DNA of 64,000 nt from an uncultured bacterium (lineage in GTDB: Bacteria > JAGOEH01), in the NCBI GenBank assembly GCA_964632485.1, contig CAZWDO010000004.1, positions 62,001 to 126,000 of the forward strand, in the 5' to 3' direction. Both the position numbers and the translations under genes were made by a program. The notes below the pieces were generated by a model, which saw nothing but the letters and a program-made list of their open reading frames with translations, was not told the origin of the DNA and did no database searches. Positions 60,727-64,000 of this stretch are shown here, one piece after another; position 1 is the first letter of the stretch; each line of letters begins with the position of its first letter.

Positions 60727-62880
60727 TTATGGTTTCAAGACGGAATGAACCAATTGCGCAAGAGTAGGAATCGTAAATGGCTTTTGCAAAAAATGGAACG
60801 AGCCTTCAAAGACACCGTGTTTCGCAATCACATTCGATGTATAACCGGACATATAGATGCACTTAATCCCAGGCTGAGCTAATTGCGCCTGTATGGCAAG
60901 TTCTTTACCATTCATCTCAGGCATAATAACATCGGTTAAAAGAAGATCAAATTTCTCTCGATTCTGACGGCAAATATCTAGAGCATCAGGAGCGTTGCTG
61001 ATCCCGAATACCTGATAGCCGAGGTGTTCCAGTACTTCTTTGGTAAAGTTCAATACCGCTTCCTCATCTTCAACCAATAAAATTTTCTCATTAGAACCCT
61101 GGGGTATTTCGTTATCCTTTTCCAGGGTGATTCCCGAATCCTTACTCTCAAATCGCGGAAAATATACTCTAAAACTTGTTCCTTTATTCTTTTTACTGTT
61201 AACTTGAATAAACCCATTATTCTGCTTGACGATCCCATATACTGTCGCCAAACCCAGCCCCGTGCCCTGTCCTAATTCTTTTGTAGTAAAAAAGGGTTCA
61301 AAAATCTGTTCTAAGTCTTTTGGTTCAATGCCACAGCCATCATCAATAACCGAGAGCATGACATACTCCCCCGGCATTGCTTCTTTATTCTGTTTAAGAA
61401 ACTCTTCGTCAATTATTATATTCGCTGTCTCAATAGTAATTGTTCCGGTATCGTCGATGGCATCCCTTGCATTAACCGTTAGATTAGCGATAATCTGATC
61501 AACTTGTGATGGATCGATTTTAACCGCTCCCAAATACTCCCCAGGCTTCCACTCCAATCGAATATGTTCTCCAATTAAACGTTGAAGCATATTCAACATG
61601 CTTTCAACCATATTATTAAGCAATAAAATTTGAGGATTGATCTCTTGTTTTCTGGCAAAAGCCAGTAGTTGCCGAGTCAGATCAGCCGACCGATTGGCGG
61701 CCTTCAAAATCTCGTTCAGATATTGATAATTTTGAGTATCCTCTTTAAATGAAAGCAGCATTAATTGAGAATAGCCGATAATAGCGCTTAGCATATTGTT
61801 AAAATCATGAGCGACACCCCCTGCGAGACGGCCTACTGATTCCATCTTACGGGATTGAAGCAACTGATTTTGGAGGTTCTCCCGTTCCACTTCTGTTTTC
61901 TTCCGTTCGCTAATATCATGGATAAATGTACAGATCAATGTCACCTGATTATTAATGTCATGCGCAATGGGAAATTTGCTGATTTGCCAATAGTAATCCC
62001 GCTGGTGTATTGATCCATTTATTTCCATACCCAGCGATTGCCCATCTACAATCACTTTACTATCCAACTCCTTTAAATTCTTTTCCTCTTTGAGTGAACC
62101 AACTAAGTGATATAATTCATCAATAGCCGAAAATTTTTGGTTCAATCCGGTTAAATCGTCTATTTTTTGTCCATGCACATGTATTTTCCCACTTTGATCA
62201 CTGATAATTATTCCAATCGGAGCGTGATCGAGAATCCCCTCCAATTGATAGGCCAACGACCGGATCGATTTTCCAAAGTAACGGCTGATCATAACGATCA
62301 AAGCAATAGCCAGTAGCGTCAAAACCGCAGAGATAATAAACACGATTATAAGATTGTATTTCTGGGCTTTACGGACTTCTTTCAGGTTGATGGCAATCTT
62401 AACAACTCCAATAGTCTCATCATTAAACCCACCCTGATAAGGCAACGTTACTTCCTTAACATCCAATTGGTTATGCTGCTGGTCCCGTATAAATGGCTTA
62501 CCGATATCAAGGCAATTTTGGTTATAGATCGTTTCTTCATTCGGCAACGCACGATCATTCATAACAGGATCGCTATGGGCGAGAATGATGTTGTCCTTAC
62601 TTTCCACCGATATGTATACTAATTCCGGAACTCGGGTCAGCATTTGTTCCACTAATAAACGCATTTGGTATTTACCCGAAAAACTGACCTTATTGATCGA
62701 TTGGCTCATCACCATAGCTATTGTACTCGATAGCCGGTCCTCTTCCCTTTGTTGGAGTTTATTAAACAAAAAAACAGTGATTCCAACTGCCATTAACATC
62801 ATCAACAGTACTATAGCGCCGAAACTCAATGCTATTTTTTTATCAAATTCTTTAATACGTTCTGATTTCATCTGTTCCAT
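60727..62880 (-). CDS. Membrane-bound hybrid sensor histidine kinase (PAS, HisKA, HATPase, receiver)
   Basis: Two TM helices; LAGGVAHDFNNML; NARDA; FEPFFTTK..GQGTGLGL; receiver LLVEDE...LLTDVIMPEMNG...LQKPF. Confidence 0.95.
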   Translation of the reverse strand: MEQMKSERIKEFDKKIALSFGAIVLLMMLMAVGITVFLFNKLQQREEDRLSSTIAMVMSQSINKVSFSGKYQMRLLVEQMLTRVPELVYISVESKDNIILAHSDPVMNDRALPNEETIYNQNCLDIGKPFIRDQQHNQLDVKEVTLPYQGGFNDETIGVVKIAINLKEVRKAQKYNLIIVFIISAVLTLLAIALIVMISRYFGKSIRSLAYQLEGILDHAPIGIIISDQSGKIHVHGQKIDDLTGLNQKFSAIDELYHLVGSLKEEKNLKELDSKVIVDGQSLGMEINGSIHQRDYYWQISKFPIAHDINNQVTLICTFIHDISERKKTEVERENLQNQLLQSRKMESVGRLAGGVAHDFNNMLSAIIGYSQLMLLSFKEDTQNYQYLNEILKAANRSADLTRQLLAFARKQEINPQILLLNNMVESMLNMLQRLIGEHIRLEWKPGEYLGAVKIDPSQVDQIIANLTVNARDAIDDTGTITIETANIIIDEEFLKQNKEAMPGEYVMLSVIDDGCGIEPKDLEQIFEPFFTTKELGQGTGLGLATVYGIVKQNNGFIQVNSKKNKGTSFRVYFPRFESKDSGITLEKDNEIPQGSNEKILLVEDEEAVLNFTKEVLEHLGYQVFGISNAPDALDICRQNREKFDLLLTDVIMPEMNGKELAIQAQLAQPGIKCIYMSGYTSNVIAKHGVFEGSFHFLQKPFTIPTLAQLVHSVLKP

Positions 62881-62890
62881 GCTTGCTCCA

Positions 62891-63976
62891 TTACTCGCGA
62901 ATGATTTTCAGATTCCCTAACCACAATGGGCGACTGCTTACCCATGGCTTTTGAAAAGATTTAGGCACCGGTCCCATCCATCCAGGATAGGAATCAATCG
63001 TCTCACATGTAATCGGGAATACCGGGACCAAAGCATGATAGGGTGGATTCTCTCCGTTTAAGATACTATAGGCTGTGCGCAACGCTTCAGCGCCCAATGG
63101 GCCACAAAATTGCGCGGCATCAATCACCGTTAGCTTATGATTCTTAATATTATCCACCGATTGAGGGTCTCCATCTATGGTGGCGATCATAATTTCCGTT
63201 CGCCCAGCCAGCAACAACCGTTTTACGATAGTTAACCCGCCCCCATCATTTACTGTAAAAATTACATCAATCGAACCCTTATCAGGAAAATCTTCTAAAA
63301 TCCCCATAGCTGCTTTCTCTCCTGACACCGGCTCAACCGCAGAATAAGATTTTAAAATTTGGTACTTGCACTTTGCTTCTGTCAACGCATCTAAAAATCC
63401 GTTCAATCGTTCGACGGTCGAGGAAACATGAGGGTATTCTACCAAAACTAATTTTACAACCCTATCTAAAGGAAATTTTGAAGCAATATATTCCCCATCC
63501 AAATAGCCCGCCTCATAATTGTCAGAAGTACGATAGGCTGTTAATGAACCATCACTAATATACTGATCATACGCCACTACAGGGATTTTTTCTTTATTAG
63601 CGCGAAGTAGTGGCGCTACTAATGCGGCATTGTCAGTGGGTTGAACAATTATGATATCTACTTTTAAATCAATTAATCCATTCATTTGTGAAATTTGGTT
63701 GCGAATCCCTTCTTCTCCATCTCCTGCGACCCTGCGAATTAGTTCAACATTAGGTTTTCCACTTTTCAAAGCCATGCTGTTAATTAATTTCGCTTCCTGT
63801 TCCAAACCCTGGCGCATAGCAACTTGGCCGGGGATGCTCATTGACCAGTATAAAACCCCAATCTGATATGTTTTTTGGGGGGAAGATAATTGACCAAATA
63901 TTTCCGAACTCAAGCAAAAAACTATAGCCACCAGGATAATATAATATTTCCCGTTGCCGATAAATCCTTCAATCAT
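62891..63976 (-). CDS. Periplasmic sugar-binding-fold protein (RbsB/LuxP class)
   Basis: VDIIIVQPTD...IPVVAYD...SDNYEAG...ERLNGF...ND..G...IDG; probable ATG at 63976 after GGAGG. Confidence 0.88.
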   Translation of the reverse strand: MIEGFIGNGKYYIILVAIVFCLSSEIFGQLSSPQKTYQIGVLYWSMSIPGQVAMRQGLEQEAKLINSMALKSGKPNVELIRRVAGDGEEGIRNQISQMNGLIDLKVDIIIVQPTDNAALVAPLLRANKEKIPVVAYDQYISDGSLTAYRTSDNYEAGYLDGEYIASKFPLDRVVKLVLVEYPHVSSTVERLNGFLDALTEAKCKYQILKSYSAVEPVSGEKAAMGILEDFPDKGSIDVIFTVNDGGGLTIVKRLLLAGRTEIMIATIDGDPQSVDNIKNHKLTVIDAAQFCGPLGAEALRTAYSILNGENPPYHALVPVFPITCETIDSYPGWMGPVPKSFQKPWVSSRPLWLGNLKIIRE

Positions 63977-64000
63977 TCTATCTTCCTCCATTTTATGATC

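Noticed and set aside
1..64000. CRISPR array, tRNA/rRNA, IS/integrase/prophage, and the many short overlapping ORFs in the track
   Set aside because: No regularly spaced repeats, cloverleafs or recombinase/transposase motifs seen; the short ORFs are antisense or off-frame shadows of well-supported genes.

Overview
A 64-kb bacterial chromosomal segment, mostly housekeeping genes in standard genetic code. Three secreted proteins with an N(F/I)PNPFN-type C-terminal domain, a PorX-like regulator, TonB/ExbBD and LptG suggest a diderm FCB-type lineage (inference). In order: 3' end of class II fba; DEDDh-DinG helicase; exbB-exbD-tonB-lipoprotein; a TPP-riboswitch-controlled TBDR-thiN-SSS thiamine salvage operon; the rimP-nusA-infB-DUF503-rbfA-nrnA-truB-ribF-rpsO-pnp cluster; STAS protein; rel, recX, recA; a porX-like/aspartokinase-like/lysA/NUDIX/nitroreductase/dinB/yprB run; NlpC/P60; two small GxxIDI-tailed proteins; truD; DMT; groES-groEL; P-type ATPase/PilZ/ABC-2/lptG/M14 run; three CTD-tagged secreted proteins; an MBOAT + 2 SGNH O-acylation cluster; a hybrid histidine kinase with a periplasmic binding protein. 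I saw no rRNA, tRNA, CRISPR array or mobile element, and no single clearly novel multi-gene system. Best leads: (1) an aspartokinase with all catalytic motifs eroded but an intact SD-preceded internal beta-subunit start; (2) a riboswitch-like leader before exbB; (3) two promoter-driven structured RNAs between groES and the ATPase; (4) sigma54-type promoters with a shared upstream motif at groES and nlpC; (5) GC-mosaic secreted genes. RNA structures were paired by eye and no database search was run.
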